DNA of 64,000 nt from the human T2T-CHM13v2.0 reference genome, Homo sapiens, in assembly GCF_009914755.1 (NCBI RefSeq), contig NC_060947.1; one strand, 5' to 3'. This document shows, piece by piece, positions 17,917-33,900 of the stretch. Below the pieces are notes generated by a model that was given only the letters and a program-made list of their open reading frames with translations, searched no databases and was not told the DNA's origin. The translations under genes and the position numbers were made by a program. Within the stretch, counting starts at the first letter, position 1; each line of letters begins with the position of its first letter.

Positions 17917-20900
17917 GGCTGACTCTCTTGTTAGGGGCTAATGCAACTGGTGACTTCCAGATGAAGGCAATTCTCATTTAACATTCCGAAAATCTGAGGG
18001 CCCTTAAGAATTATGATAAATCAACTCTACCTGTGCTCTATAAATGGAACAGCAAAGCCTGGATGACAGCACATCTGTTTACAGCATGGTTTACTGAATA
18101 TTTTAAGCCCACTATTGAGACCTGCTACTAAGAAAAAATTTTTTTCAAAATATTACTGCTCATTGACAATATACCTATTCACCTATGCACCTGATAGAGA
18201 TGCCAAAGTAGATTAATGTTGCTTTCATGAGTAATTTTGAGTTTCAAGTCTTATTATTTAAGAAATAACGTTTGTAAGGCTTTAGCTGCCATAGATAGTA
18301 AATCCTCTCATAGATCTGGGAAAAGTTAATTGAAAATCTTCTAGAAAATATTCAGCATTATAAATGCCATTGAGAACATCTATGAGTACTCATGTAAGGA
18401 GGTCAAAATATTAATATTAACAAAAGTTTGGAAGAAGTTGATTCAAACACTCATGGATAACGTTAAAGGGTTCAAAAGTTCAGTAGAGAAAGTAACTGTA
18501 GATGTGGTGGAAATATCAAGAGAGCTAGAATTAGGTTTGGAGCCTGAAGATGTGACTGTTATGCTGCAATCTCATGGTAAAAACATTTAAAGCTGCTAAA
18601 ACAAAAAAAAAAATGTGTAGTTAAACAAAATTTTGATGGATGAGGATTTACTTCTTATGGATGAGTAAATCAAGTGGTTTATTGAGATGAAACCTACTTC
18701 AAGTGAAAATACTGTGAACATTACTGAAATGACAACAAAGGATTTATAATATCACATAAACTTAGTTGATAAAGCAGCAGTGGGGTTTGACAGGATTGAC
18801 TCCAATTTTGAAAGAAGTCCTGTTATGGGTACAGTGCTATTGAACAGCATTGCATACTACAGAGAAATCTTTCATTATAGGAACAGTCAATCAATGTGAC
18901 AAACATCATTGTTTTCTTATTTCAAGGAATTGCCACAGTCACCCCAATTTTCAGCAATCACCACTCTGATCAATCAGCAAGCATCAACATCAAGGCAAGG
19001 CCCTCTACCACAAAACGTTATGACTCACTGAAGGCTCATGATCATTAGCATTTTTAGTAAAAACCTATATTTAATTAAGGTACATTGATTTTTAGACATA
19101 ATGCTATTGCACACTTAATAAGCTACACTATAGTGTAAATGTAACTTTTACATGCACTGGGAAATAAAAAAAAATTGTGACTTGCTTTATGAAGATATTT
19201 GTTTTACTGTGGTAATCTGAAACCAAACCTGCAATATCTCCAGAGTATACTGTATAAATTTTGTTTCTTTAAATTTGTTTTATTGTAGTTCAGGAGGATT
19301 TGGGAAAGAGTTGATTGAAAATGTGCTTACACCACAATCTTCGCCAGTTTATGGACTGTATGACATACCATTATATTGCTGTATCACAAAATATTTAAAC
19401 ATTCATTTAAATATAGACATTGAGACTATAAAGTTTTAAATGTTATATTTTAAATACTGTGATAATAATGTATAAATAATATAAGAAGTCCTTGAAAACA
19501 AACATTTGATGATATTTTAAGTTATTTTTAGGGTAAAAATGGAAAGTATTCTTTTTAACTCAACAATTATGCACATTTTGAGGCATTTATTTTACTTCTC
19601 TTTATTGCCATATTATTTCCAAAATGCTGTATTGCTTTAAACTCTTAGTATCTGTATTTTGAAAGTGAGTACTTTATTTATTATTAATGTTATGAAAGCA
19701 AGTTTATTAGATTTGAATGTTACATCACTGAATTGACATCCTGTGGGGTCTTCTTTGCTCTTTACGGCTTAGATGCAAATTTTTATGGTCTTTTAATATC
19801 TTTTACGCTTTCATTTGATGCTCTGAACATTGAAGTAAGTGACCTATCCACCTTAATCTTTTATGGTTTTATTGCATGTATCTCTTGCATTTTTAAGTTT
19901 ATTTTCCCTTAATTTTAAATAATTGTACAAAACAAGTGATTTCTAAAATTTCCTTATTATGTAGACTCAGGATTTTTTAAGTGTGGGTGTGTTTTCTTTG
20001 TTTCTTGACCATGAAGTATTTTCAAAGGCCCCAGAGTGTTGTTTATTTCTGTTTCACTAATTTTGAAATAACAACAGTTCCATTCAGATCTATGGTTTTG
20101 CATTAGGCAATGTAGATAGTTTATCTTTGATTATTCCTCAGGTTCTACCTGGGTTCTCTTGGCATCCTTTCTATTTAATGTTATGTTGAGTTTTTGCTTG
20201 ATGTACGTTGCCACTTACATTATTTCTGAAGTCTACTGTACTTTAATAATGCAGTCCTGCTAGTCTGAGGAAGAAGTATGTTATTTCCCTCTAGTGCCTA
20301 TTTATCTGATTCTACAAAGCAATACTAACTTCTATGGCCCAGCTGTCTGTTTGCACAAAATTATTTTAGTACCTGGATACTTTGAAAGAGCCTATAATGT
20401 TTTCCTCAAAGAAAACCATGCAAGACATACTACAACACACAGATTGCCTCTCTTTCAGAAATTTTTCAGTGTCAACACATTTTCAGGGCAAACTTTTAAC
20501 TTGACAATGCTGTGAGACATGTTTTGTATGTTCTGCTCTCTACTTCACTGATTTTCAAAGCACAAAAAGAGACAGGGAAATATTAATGGGCATGATGGAG
20601 GCTAGGAGAAGATACAGCCTTACAGCTCCTAACAAAGCAGTTCTGATATTGTGGACTTATTGTAGAGAAGTTGCCTACTTCATTGTTTGAAGAGATCCCT
20701 AGTCAATGGAATATGCATTCAATAGAATGTAACTGGAAATGTCTTTCTACCTTCTGTTACCTTGTCCTATAATTATATCTCAGTCCCCATGCCTACATTG
20801 TGGAATTTTTTTTTCTGGGTTCTGTCAGGACCTGAATTAATATTCCTGATTTGCATTTCTAATGTAACTTTAGATATTTCTATGTGCTTCTATAAATACT

Positions 20901-21359
20901 TCGTTTGAGATTCAGGGACCTACTTGTCACTTTTATGTGAAAGTCAAAGAAAATTATTTTAAAGTCAACACACAATGCATCAGATGAGGCCATTGCAAAT
21001 GGCACCACTGTTAAAAGTATTTTCTGGACCAGAGGAAGAGAAAGTAGGTTGATGAAGAAACAAGTTTAAGACTATAGCTTTATATATAATCTTAGGATAT
21101 CTAAAGAAATTTTTTTGGAACCTGGAAAAACAGAGGCAAGTTTGCCTAGGTCCCATGCAGGAACTATAATAACTCATTCTGGACCATTCAGTCATTTTTT
21201 AAGTCAATATATGTGTATCAGGATTTTACATATTGTAACTATTAACTTGTCAAAATATACTTTTATTCTCGGTTGTCATATAAAGTATCTGCTCACCAAA
21301 AACCAAAATAGTCTGTATTCTTTTGAAAAATGTCAAAGGAGAGTTCGTAAATGGCAGAA

Positions 21360-21806
21360 CTAGAGGTGCCTGCTAAGATGGCCGAATAGGAACAGCTCCG
21401 GTCTGCAGCTCCCAGCGTGATCGACACAGAAGATGGGTGATCTCTGCATTTCCAAATGAGATACGTGGTTCATCTCATTGGGACTGGTTGGACAGTGGGT
21501 GCAGCCCATGGAGGGCGAGCCGAAGCAGGGCAGGGCTTCCGTTGCCTCACCAGGGAAGCACAAGGGGTTGGGGGATTTCCCTTTCCTAGCCAAGGGAAGT
21601 CGTGACAGATGGTACCTGGAAAATTGGGACACGCTCACCCAAATATTGTGGTTTTCCAACAGTCTTAGCAACCGGCAGACAAGGTGATTCTCCCCCGTGC
21701 CTGGCTCGGCAGCTCCCATGCACACGGATCCTTGCTCACTGCTAGTGCAGCAGTCTGAGGTCCATCTGTGAGATGGCAGCCTGGCTGGGGGAGGGGCGTC
21801 TGCCAT
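21360..21806 (-). CDS. L1 antisense ORF0-homologous reading frame, 148 aa, open (coding status unproven)
   Basis: MADAPPPARLP...SDCC...EPG...FSR resembles L1 ORF0 (MAGAPPPASLP...SDCC...). ATG at 21806-21804 in GCAATGG context, stop at 21362-21360. Confidence 0.55.
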   Translation of the reverse strand: MADAPPPARLPSHRWTSDCCTSSEQGSVCMGAAEPGTGENHLVCRLLRLLENHNIWVSVSQFSRYHLSRLPLARKGKSPNPLCFPGEATEALPCFGSPSMGCTHCPTSPNEMNHVSHLEMQRSPIFCVDHAGSCRPELFLFGHLSRHL

Positions 21807-22404
21807 TGCTGAAGCTTGAGTAGGTAAACAAAGCAGCTGGGAAGCTCGAACTGGGTGGAACCCACCGCAGCTCAACAAGACCTACTGCCTCTGAACTCCA
21901 CCTCTGTGGGCAGGGCATAGCTGAACAAAAGGCAGCAGACAACTTCTCCAGACTTAAACATCCCTGTCTGACAGCTCTGAAGAGAGCAGTGGTTCTCTCA
22001 GCACTGCATTTGAGCTCTGAGAATGGACAGACTGCCTCCTCAAGTGGGTCCCTGACCCCCGTGTAGCCTAACTGGGAGACACCTCTCAGTAGGGGCCAAC
22101 AGACACCTCATATAGGCAGCTGCCCCTCTGGGACGAAGCTTTCAGTGGAAGGATCACGCAGCAATATTTGCTGTTCTGCAATATTTGCTGTTCTGCAGCC
22201 TCCACTGTTGATACCCAGGCAAAGAGGGTCTGGAGTGGAACTCCAACAAACTCCAACAGACCTGCAGCTGAGGGACCTAACTGTTAGAAGGAAAACTAAC
22301 AAACAAAAAGGAATAGCATCAACATCAACAAAAAGTTCATCTACACCAAAACCCCATCTGTAGGTCACCAACATCAAAGACCAAAGGTAGATAAAAACAC
22401 AAAG

Positions 22405-23420
22405 ATGGGGAGAAACCAGAGCAGAAAAGCTGAAAATTCTAAAAATCATAGTGACTATTCTCCTACAAAGGATCGCAGCCCCTCGCCAGCAATGGAACAA
22501 AGCTGGACAGAGAATGACTTTGACGAGATGACAGAAGTAGGCTTCAGAAGATCGGTAATAACAAACTTCTCCGAGCTAAAGAAAGATGTTCGAACCCATT
22601 GCAAGGAAGCTAAAGACCTTGAAAAAAGATTAGACAAATGGCTAACTAGAACAAACAGCATAGAGAAGACCTTAAATAACCTGATGGAGCTGAAAATCAT
22701 GGCTCAAGAACTTCGAAACACATAAACAAGCTTCAATAGCCAATTCGAGCAAGTGGAAGAAAGGGTATCAGTGATTGAAGATCAAATTAATGAAATAAAG
22801 CGAGAAGACAAGGTTAGAGAAAAAAGAGTAAAAAGAAATGAACAAAGCCTCCAAGGAATATGGGACTATGTGAAAAGACCAAATCTACATCTGATTGGTG
22901 TACCTGAAAGTGATGGGGAGAACAGAACCAAGTTGGAAAACACTCTTCAGGATATTATACAGGAGAACTTCCCCAACATAGCAAGGCAGGCCAACATTCA
23001 AATTCAGGAAATACAGAGAACACCATAAAGATACTCCTCGAGAAGAGCAACCCCAAGACACATAATTGTCAGATTCACCAAGGTTGAAATGAAGGAAAAA
23101 ATGTTAGGGGCAGCCGGAGAGAAATGTCGAGTTACCCACAAAAGGAAGCCCATCAGACTAACAGCAGATCTCTCAGCAGAAACCCTACAAGCCAGAAGAG
23201 AGTGGGGGCCAATATTCAACGTTCTTAAAGAAAATAATTTTCAACCCAGAATTTCATATCCAGCCAAACTAAGCTTCATAAGTGAAGGAGAAATAAAATC
23301 CTTTACAGAAGAGCAAATGCTGAGAGATTTTGTCACCAGCAGGCCTGCCTTACAAGAGCTCCTGTAGGAAGCACTAAACATGGAAAGGAACAACCGGTAC
23401 CAGCCACTGGAAAAACAGGC
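22405..23420 (+). pseudogene. L1 ORF1p, disrupted
   Basis: MGRNQSRKAENSK...YPAKLSF. In-frame stops at 22723, 23026 and 23365. Confidence 0.92.
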
Positions 23421-23493
23421 CAAATTATAAAGTTCATTGATGCTATGAAGAAACTGCATCAACTAATGGGCAAAATAACCAGCGAACATCATA

Positions 23494-26212
<2,719 letters not shown>

Positions 26213-26435
26213 ACAATGAAATCACTTGGACACAGGGCAGGGAACATCACACACTGGGGCCTGTCAGGGGCTGGAGGGCTGGGGGCAGGATAGCATTAGG
26301 AGATATACCTAATGTAAATGATGAGTTAATGGATGCAGCAAACCAACACGGCACATGTATACCTGTGTATCAAACCTGCACGTTGTACACATGTACCCTA
26401 GAACTTAAAGTATAATAATAAAAAAAAATGTCACA

Positions 26436-26557
26436 GGATTGGGCCCAGTGGCTTGTATCTGTAATCCCACCACTTTGGGAGGCTGAGATGAGAGGATTGC
26501 TTGAGCCCAGGAGTTGTAGACCAGCCTGGGGAAAATAGTGAGACATCTCAAAAAAAA
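26436..26557 (+). mobile_element. FLAM / free left Alu monomer
   Basis: GAGGATTGCTTGAGCCCAGGAG, single monomer with an A-tail. Confidence 0.8.
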
Positions 26558-26620
26558 GGAAGGAAGGAAGGAAGAAAGGAAGAAAGGAAGAAAGGAAGGA
26601 GGGAGGGTGGGTGGGAGGGG
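26557..26620. repeat. (GGAA)n / GA-rich low-complexity tract derived from the FLAM tail
   Basis: Directly visible. Confidence 0.85.
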
Positions 26621-27639
26621 AGTGGATTACAGTTCATCTAAAAGCAAAGTTGTAGGTAGTGTGAAAATTCTACTATTTCATGTAAACTGAAATATGTAGC
26701 TTGTAAAATTTGGTTTGGAAATTTAATTTCATACAATTTGGAAAACTCTTAAATAGAGGAGTAGATTAGCTCAACAAGGAAAGGAAATGGATTGCATTTT
26801 CATCACAGGGGCAACTGTTTATCTACTCCAGGCTGACCGCATGTTCTCCTCTTTGCCTTGAGAACAACATTCACTCTTTATTTCTCTCTTGGAAAGGATT
26901 GAGATGTTTCTGATTTTAGAGTTCTCCTTAGAGAATGGTATCATGATACTTAAAATTAACTATTATAGTGTATGTGAATTTTCAAAACAACTTTGGAAAT
27001 TAAGGAAATATGAATTTAGCTGTTCTACTAGCTATATTTTAGAGACATCCACAGCATTTTATTTTAAATCACAGTATAAAACAAGCCCTAGATTTTATTT
27101 CTGATATTACAGTAATGAAGCACATGCTGGGCTTATAGGTACAGTACAATTATACATTCAGGTTTTATAAATACTGTCTATTAAAGAGGGCACACACTCA
27201 AAATCTACAAAGGGGTTACTAATTCACTTTCTCAAACATGACAGAGTAGTTTAGGATAGGAGCATATGTCACTCATTAAACTGCAATTATTGACACCCAG
27301 AGGACATCTTATACAAGTATATATAAGTGTAATCAGTAGTATATTCCACAGGTGAGTTTTATTTTACTCAATCTAAGCACCAGACTTTAGTGATGCTGCC
27401 AACTTCTCCGAGGCTGAACTTCGAGTAATGGAAATTATGGCTTTTACAGCAAACTGGTACCAGTGGCTCTCTGCAATTATCAATGAATGCAGTAACTACA
27501 AGGTAATTGTTACTCTAGGCAGGTAGAATATTTTCCCTTTGGTGATACTAAATAATCTACCCAGCTAGCTAGCTAGCTCTCTAGCAATAATTATAAATGA
27601 AGATCAAATATGTGGTTTTGAAAAATAATAAAATTATAA

Positions 27640-27850
27640 TAGCAAATAATTCCATAGTACTTCAAGCACTATTCTAAGAAGTTTGAAAACACTAACATTT
27701 ATTCTTTATAATAATGCTATGTGATAAAGGCTATTTTTATCCCTGTTACTACAGATGAGGAAACTGAATCATGGAGCAATTAATTAATTGAGTGATGGAG
27801 ATAAGATCTGAGGCCAAGCACAATGGCTTGAGTTTACACTTAACTGTTTC
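27640..27850 (-). mobile_element. MIR
   Basis: MIR core ACAGATGAGGAAACTGA. Confidence 0.7.
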
Positions 27851-27935
27851 ATTGGTTGCCTCTGAAATTCTCAGTTGAAACCCAGTGACATAAATCATTG
27901 TCTAATTATGTTACCCTTTCATTATTGTTAATTAT

Positions 27936-28277
27936 TGATATGGTTCAGCTGTGTCTCCACCTAAATCCCATCTTGAATTCCCACATGTTGTGGGAGGGAC
28001 CCAGTGGGAGGTAATTGAACCATGGAGGCAGGTCTTTCTGGTGCTTTTCTCGTGATAGTAAGTCTCATGAGATCTGATGGTTATTATAAGGGGGAGTTTT
28101 CCTGCACAAGCTCTTTTCTTCTCTTGTCTGCTGTCATGTGAGACGTGCCTTTCACCTTCTCATGACTGTGAGGTCTCCTGAGCCACACGGAACTCTAAGT
28201 CGATTAAACCTCTTTCTTTTGTAAATTGCCCAGTCTTGGATATGTCTTTATCAGCAGCATAAAAACGGACCAATACA
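27936..28277 (+). mobile_element. THE1A/B MaLR solo LTR
   Basis: TGATATGG...GACCAATACA termini. Perfect TSD ATTAT. Confidence 0.92.
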
Positions 28278-28379
28278 ATTATAATCAAACAAATCAGATT
28301 TCTATTTCATGCAACATTTTTCATATTATTTGCACATACTATTTATTTGTCACTAAGCCTACAAATTAGGCAAGATAGG

Positions 28380-28756
28380 TGCTATGGTTTGAATGTCTAC
28401 TCCAAAACTCAGGTGTTGCCAATGTGACAGTATTAAGAGGTGGGGTCTTTAAGAGGTAATTAAGCCATGGAATCTCCTCCCTCATGAATACAATTAAGAT
28501 CTTTATAGAAGAGAATTCATGCAGCATTGGGATTTCTTGCTCACTGACTTCTACCATGTGAGGACACAGCATTTCTTCCCTTCAGAGGATGCTGCATCAA
28601 TGTATTCTCTTGGAAGCAGACAGCAGCCCTCACCAGACAACCAAACCTGCAAGCAGCTTGATCTTAGACTGTCTCCAGCAGTGTGAAAAATGAATTTCTG
28701 TTCTTTATAAATTACTTAATCTGTAGTATTTTGTTACAGTAGCACAGACTAGGAAA
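28380..28756 (+). mobile_element. MSTC/MSTD-like MaLR solo LTR, inserted into a MIR
   Basis: TGCTATGGTTTGAATGT start. TSD ATAG(G/A). MIR core resumes at ~28770. Confidence 0.8.
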
Positions 28757-28892
28757 ATAGATATTATCTCCATTTACAGATGAGAATATAGAGAGTCTAA
28801 ACCTCAAAATCATAAGCCATAACTTTGGTTCCATAGCGGTAGGATATTTGACACTGGATGTAGAAATAACCCATTTTATTCTCATTTAATAT

Positions 28893-29452
<560 letters not shown>

Positions 29453-30288
29453 TGCTCCAGCCTCTTTTAAAAATATTATTAAGATATCAAAATAATAACA
29501 TATCCCATGTTTATTTGGAATTTAATGCCTAACAACCAAAAGTATCACTTGTTAATAAAGAGATTTATCTATTGTCATTTATAGAATGCTTTCATCCCAC
29601 ATTTTTTTCACTTTGTTCTTCATAACAACCTTATGGTGATAGGCAGGACAGATATGATGTCTTGCCTTAGGTGAAGGCAACTGAGTTAGCCAGAATTTGA
29701 ACCGAGGTTTGGACATTTCACTTACCATGTCCTTACCGTAATACCTGGGTGTCTCTCTCTTCATTGCTTTCTTTCATCTTTTCCCTCGTGGAATGGAATG
29801 ATGTTGCCTTTTTTACTTTGGATATTAGTATTTGAATAACTCTGGCAGAAGTTATACTGGAATTTCTGATTATATTAACTTTACATTTTAAAGTATATTA
29901 CTTATAGCATATTATTTGCTCACATATCAAAGTGTCTTGTGTGTAGGTAGTGTTCATTTCATTAAATGCTTCAGTAAATGAATGAGTGAAGGACAGTTCA
30001 ATTTGTTATTGTACATGCTTTTAGGCTTACACTAAGTTTTGACAGAGCTCAAGTCAGCATTTCGCTTCTATATGTGTGAAGTCTAAGTCACTTGGCCAAC
30101 TTTCTCTTTTATTTCCAAGTTTGTGAATTACCTTTGTTGCTTCGCTGCAACATGCTCAGTATTTTAAAAATTGCAGTGTGCAAAATTATAAATATATTTG
30201 CGGTATCACAAAATGTCAACTACATGATGTTTTTATTAGCGTATCTAATCTCACTAAAATTAAGTTGGAAATAATGCCCATTGTTCTC

Positions 30289-30292
<4 letters not shown>

Positions 30293-30334
<42 letters not shown>

Positions 30335-30613
30335 TGAGGCAGAGTTTCAGTCTTGTCTCCCAGGCTGGAGTGCAATGGTCCAATCTCAGCTCACTGCAAC
30401 CTCTGCCTCAAGCAATTCTTCTGCCTCAGCCTCTCAAGTAGCTGGAATTACAGGCACCCGCCACCACGCCTGGCTAATTTTTGTATTTTTCTTAGTAGAG
30501 ACAGGGTTTCACCACATTGGCCAGGCTGGCCTCGAACTCCTGACCTCAGGTGATCCTCCCGTCTCGGCTTCCCAAAGTGCTGGGACTACAGGCGTGAGCC
30601 ACTGCACCCAGCC
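30293..30613 (-). mobile_element. AluSq-like with a 41-nt poly-T
   Basis: Full dimer with a small internal deletion. TSD approximately TCTC(G/A)GGA. Confidence 0.93.
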
Positions 30614-30771
30614 CTCTCAGGAATTTTTAAAGCACTTCAAAAGTGTGGAAAGTATAAATGCTAGCAAAATGAAATATATGTGTTTCCAACCATTGTTTAA
30701 TATTTATCTGTAAAGAATGACTACACCATGGCTTAAAATGAAATGCAAAAATACTTCATAGAAAATACCAC

Positions 30772-31051
<280 letters not shown>

Positions 31052-31674
31052 AGAAAATACCACAATTTTAAATAAGGTCCTTTACTGCCTGCATTTTGGG
31101 CAGAGGGCAATGTAGATTTGAATCCAAATTCCAAGAGCTTTCTTCAAAACAATCACAGAAACTGTAGCTTTATATATGTTTTAGAGGTCAATTTCTCAAT
31201 GGAGTATTATTTTTGTTTAGATATAAATCATGACAAATGCTTAACCTTTAGGTAGAAGTTTAACAAATTAAAGAGCATTTCATTTCTTCATTTTTAGTTA
31301 TTGTTAGGATTAAATCAGTGAGTTTGATAGATGCCAGCTTCGCTTTCTATTTGTGCTATTGCATATAAGAGATGATTAAATTTTCCTTACTATATTATTA
31401 CAATTTTTATATTCTTTTCCATATTTTTTCACCAAATACTTGTTATGAGTGATGGTATTTAGGTTTTTACATCATGGCAACCTAAATAAAATACTAATTT
31501 ATTGCGGACACATTTATTATTATGTGCAATATGTGTGCTAAGTACCTAAAAGGGTACTTAGCTAAAAGGCTAAAAGGCCTATGCACAGCCTAGCAGTTTC
31601 AGCATTACATTGAATGATTCTTCTACTCTATTCTGGATTTGTTATTTATCAATTTAAAAAAAAATTTAGTTACA

Positions 31675-31960
31675 GGTTGGGTGCAGCGGCTCTCACCTGT
31701 AATCTCAGCACTTTGGGAGGCTGAGGCAGGTGAATCACTTGAGGTCAGGAGTTTGAGACCAGCCTGGCCAACATGGCAAAACATCATCTCCACAAAAAAA
31801 TAAAAAAATAAAATTAGCCAGGCTGGGTGGAGCACACCTGTAGTCCAAGCTACTTGGGAGGCTGATTCAGGAATCGATTGTACCCGGGAGGTGAGCTGAG
31901 ATCATGCCACTGCACTCCAGCCTGGACGACTGTGCAAGACTGTCTCAAAGAAAAAAAAAA
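31675..31960 (+). mobile_element. Alu (S/J)
   Basis: Dimer with a short right-arm deletion. TSD approximately AAAAAATTAGTTA. Confidence 0.9.
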
Positions 31961-32706
31961 TTAGTTATATGTATTCTCTAGCATTTTTAACAACTGTTAA
32001 CTATAGTAATTTACAAACTTACATACAAGTAGAAAGTGCATGACCATCAACACATCACCTAACCATCAACTTTTATGTATCCTAATCATTTTTTTCATTG
32101 TTAAAACAAGAAACTCACACCATTAGCAGTCAACTCCCAATACCCCCACTCTTCCAGCCCCCAGCAAAAATTAATCTACTTTCTCTCACTATGGATTTGC
32201 CAATCTAAACACTGTATATAAATAGAATAATATACAGTGCCTTTTTGTCTCCTTCCTTTATGGAGCATAATGTTTTCAAGGTTCATCCATGTTATAGCAT
32301 TTATTGATACTTCATTTTTTCTGACCAAATAATATTTATTGCTTTTACATATAATATTTTGTTTATCCATTCATCATTTGATGGACATATGAGTTGTTTC
32401 CACTTTTGGACTATTGTGAACAATGTTTCTATAAACATTCATGTACAAGTTTTTACATAGCTTCATATTTTCATTTCCCTTAGGTTTATACTTAAGAATA
32501 GAATTACAAGGTCATACAGTAACTCAGTGTTTAGGTTTTTGATAAATTACAACACTGTGTTACAAAGCGGCTGCGTAATTTTACATTCCCAACAGAAATA
32601 TATGAGAGTTCCAATTTCCCCACATTTTTACTGAGACATTATTGTACACCATTTTGTTTATAGTCAACCTAGTAGGTGTGAAGTGATTTCTCGTGGTTTG
32701 AATTTT

Positions 32707-33389
32707 CTTTTCTTTTGTTTCATTTCATTTCTTTTCTTTGCTCTGCTTCTCTTCTCTTCTCTTCTCTTCTCTTCTCTTCTCTTCTCTTCTCTTCTCTTCT
32801 CTTCTCTTCTCTTTCTGAGATGCAGTCTTGCTCTGTCGCCCAGGCTGGAGTGCAGTGGCACAGTCTCAGCTCACTGCACCCTCTGCCTCCCAGGTTCGAG
32901 CGATTCTCCACACCTCAGCTTCCCCGAGTAGCTGGGATTACAGGCTCCTACCACCATGCCTGGCTAATTTTTTTTTTATTATACTTTAAGTTTTAGGGTA
33001 CATGTGCACAATGTGCAGGTTAGTTACATATGTATACATGTGCCATGCTAGTGCGCTGCACCCACTAACTCGTCATCTAGCATTAGGTATATCTCCCAAT
33101 GCTATCCCTCCCGCCTCCCCCCACCCCACAACAGTCCCCAGAGTGTGATGTTCCCCTTCCTGTGTCCATGTGTTCTCATTGTTCAATTCCCACCTATGAG
33201 TGAGAATATGCGGTGTTTGGTTTTTTGTCCTTGCGATAGTTTACTGAGAATGATGATTTCTGTATTTTTAGTAGAGACGAGGTTTTGTCATGTTGGCCAG
33301 GCTGGTCTCGAACACCTGACCTCAGGTGATCCACCTGCCTCATCCTCCCAAAGTTCTGGGATTTCAGGTGTGAGCCACCGCACCCGGCC
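32707..33389 (-). mobile_element. AluS with a (CTTCT)n-expanded tail (32746-32812), split at its linker by an L1 stub
   Basis: Right arm 32815-32967 and left arm 33261-33389. TSD GAATTTT. Confidence 0.92.
32968..33260 (-). mobile_element. Young L1 3' stub (L1PA2-like)
   Basis: Diagnostics GTGCGCTGCACCCACTAAC, ATCTAGC, CTCCCAATGC and GAGAATATGCGG. Confidence 0.93.
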
Positions 33390-33476
33390 GAATTTTTATT
33401 TCTTTAATAACTAATGGCATTCAGCATCTTTCACGTGCTTCTTGTCCATTGTGTTTATACTAGTAGTATAGCTACT

Positions 33477-33900
33477 TGATATAGTTTGAGTATGTGTCGC
33501 CTTTAAATCTCATATCAAATTGTAATTCTCAATGTTGGAGGTAGGGCCTGGTGGGAGGTGATTGGATAATGGGGGCAGATTTCTCATGAATAGCTTAGCA
33601 CGATCCCCTTGGTGCTGTCTTCATAATAGTGAGTTCTCCTGATATCTGCTTGTTTAAAAATGTGTAACACCTTCCCCCCACTCTCTTGTTCCAGTCCTCT
33701 GCATGTGAGACATCCATCTGCCCCCGCTTTGCCTTTCACCGTCAGTAAAAGCTTCCTGAGGCCTCCCCAGAAACTAAGAGGATGTTGGTACCATGCTTCC
33801 TATATGACCTGCAGAACCGTGAGCCAATTAAACCTATTTTCTTTATAAATTATCCAGTAGTGCATATTTCTTTATAGCAACACAAGAACAATCTAACATA
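33477..33900 (+). mobile_element. MSTB-like MaLR solo LTR
   Basis: TGATATAGTTTG start, AATGTTGGAGGTAGGGCCTGGTGGGAGG and CTGCAGAACCGTGAGCCAATTAAACC. Confidence 0.85.

Larger units (their letters stand above)
32090..33460 (-). mobile_element. L1MB-like 3' end hosting an Alu
   Basis: TTCAAGGTTCATCCATGTT and TTTTACATTCCCAACAG. Continues after the Alu as CAGCATCTTTCACGTGCTT. Confidence 0.8.

Noticed and set aside
22161-22196. 17-bp tandem repeat GCAATATTTGCTGTTCT in the L1 5' UTR
   Set aside because: As I recall, this is a normal feature of L1PA 5' UTRs of this age and not locus-specific.
32664-32996. ORFs with EEKRR / FSSLL repeats
   Set aside because: These are translations of the (CTTCT)n Alu-tail microsatellite.
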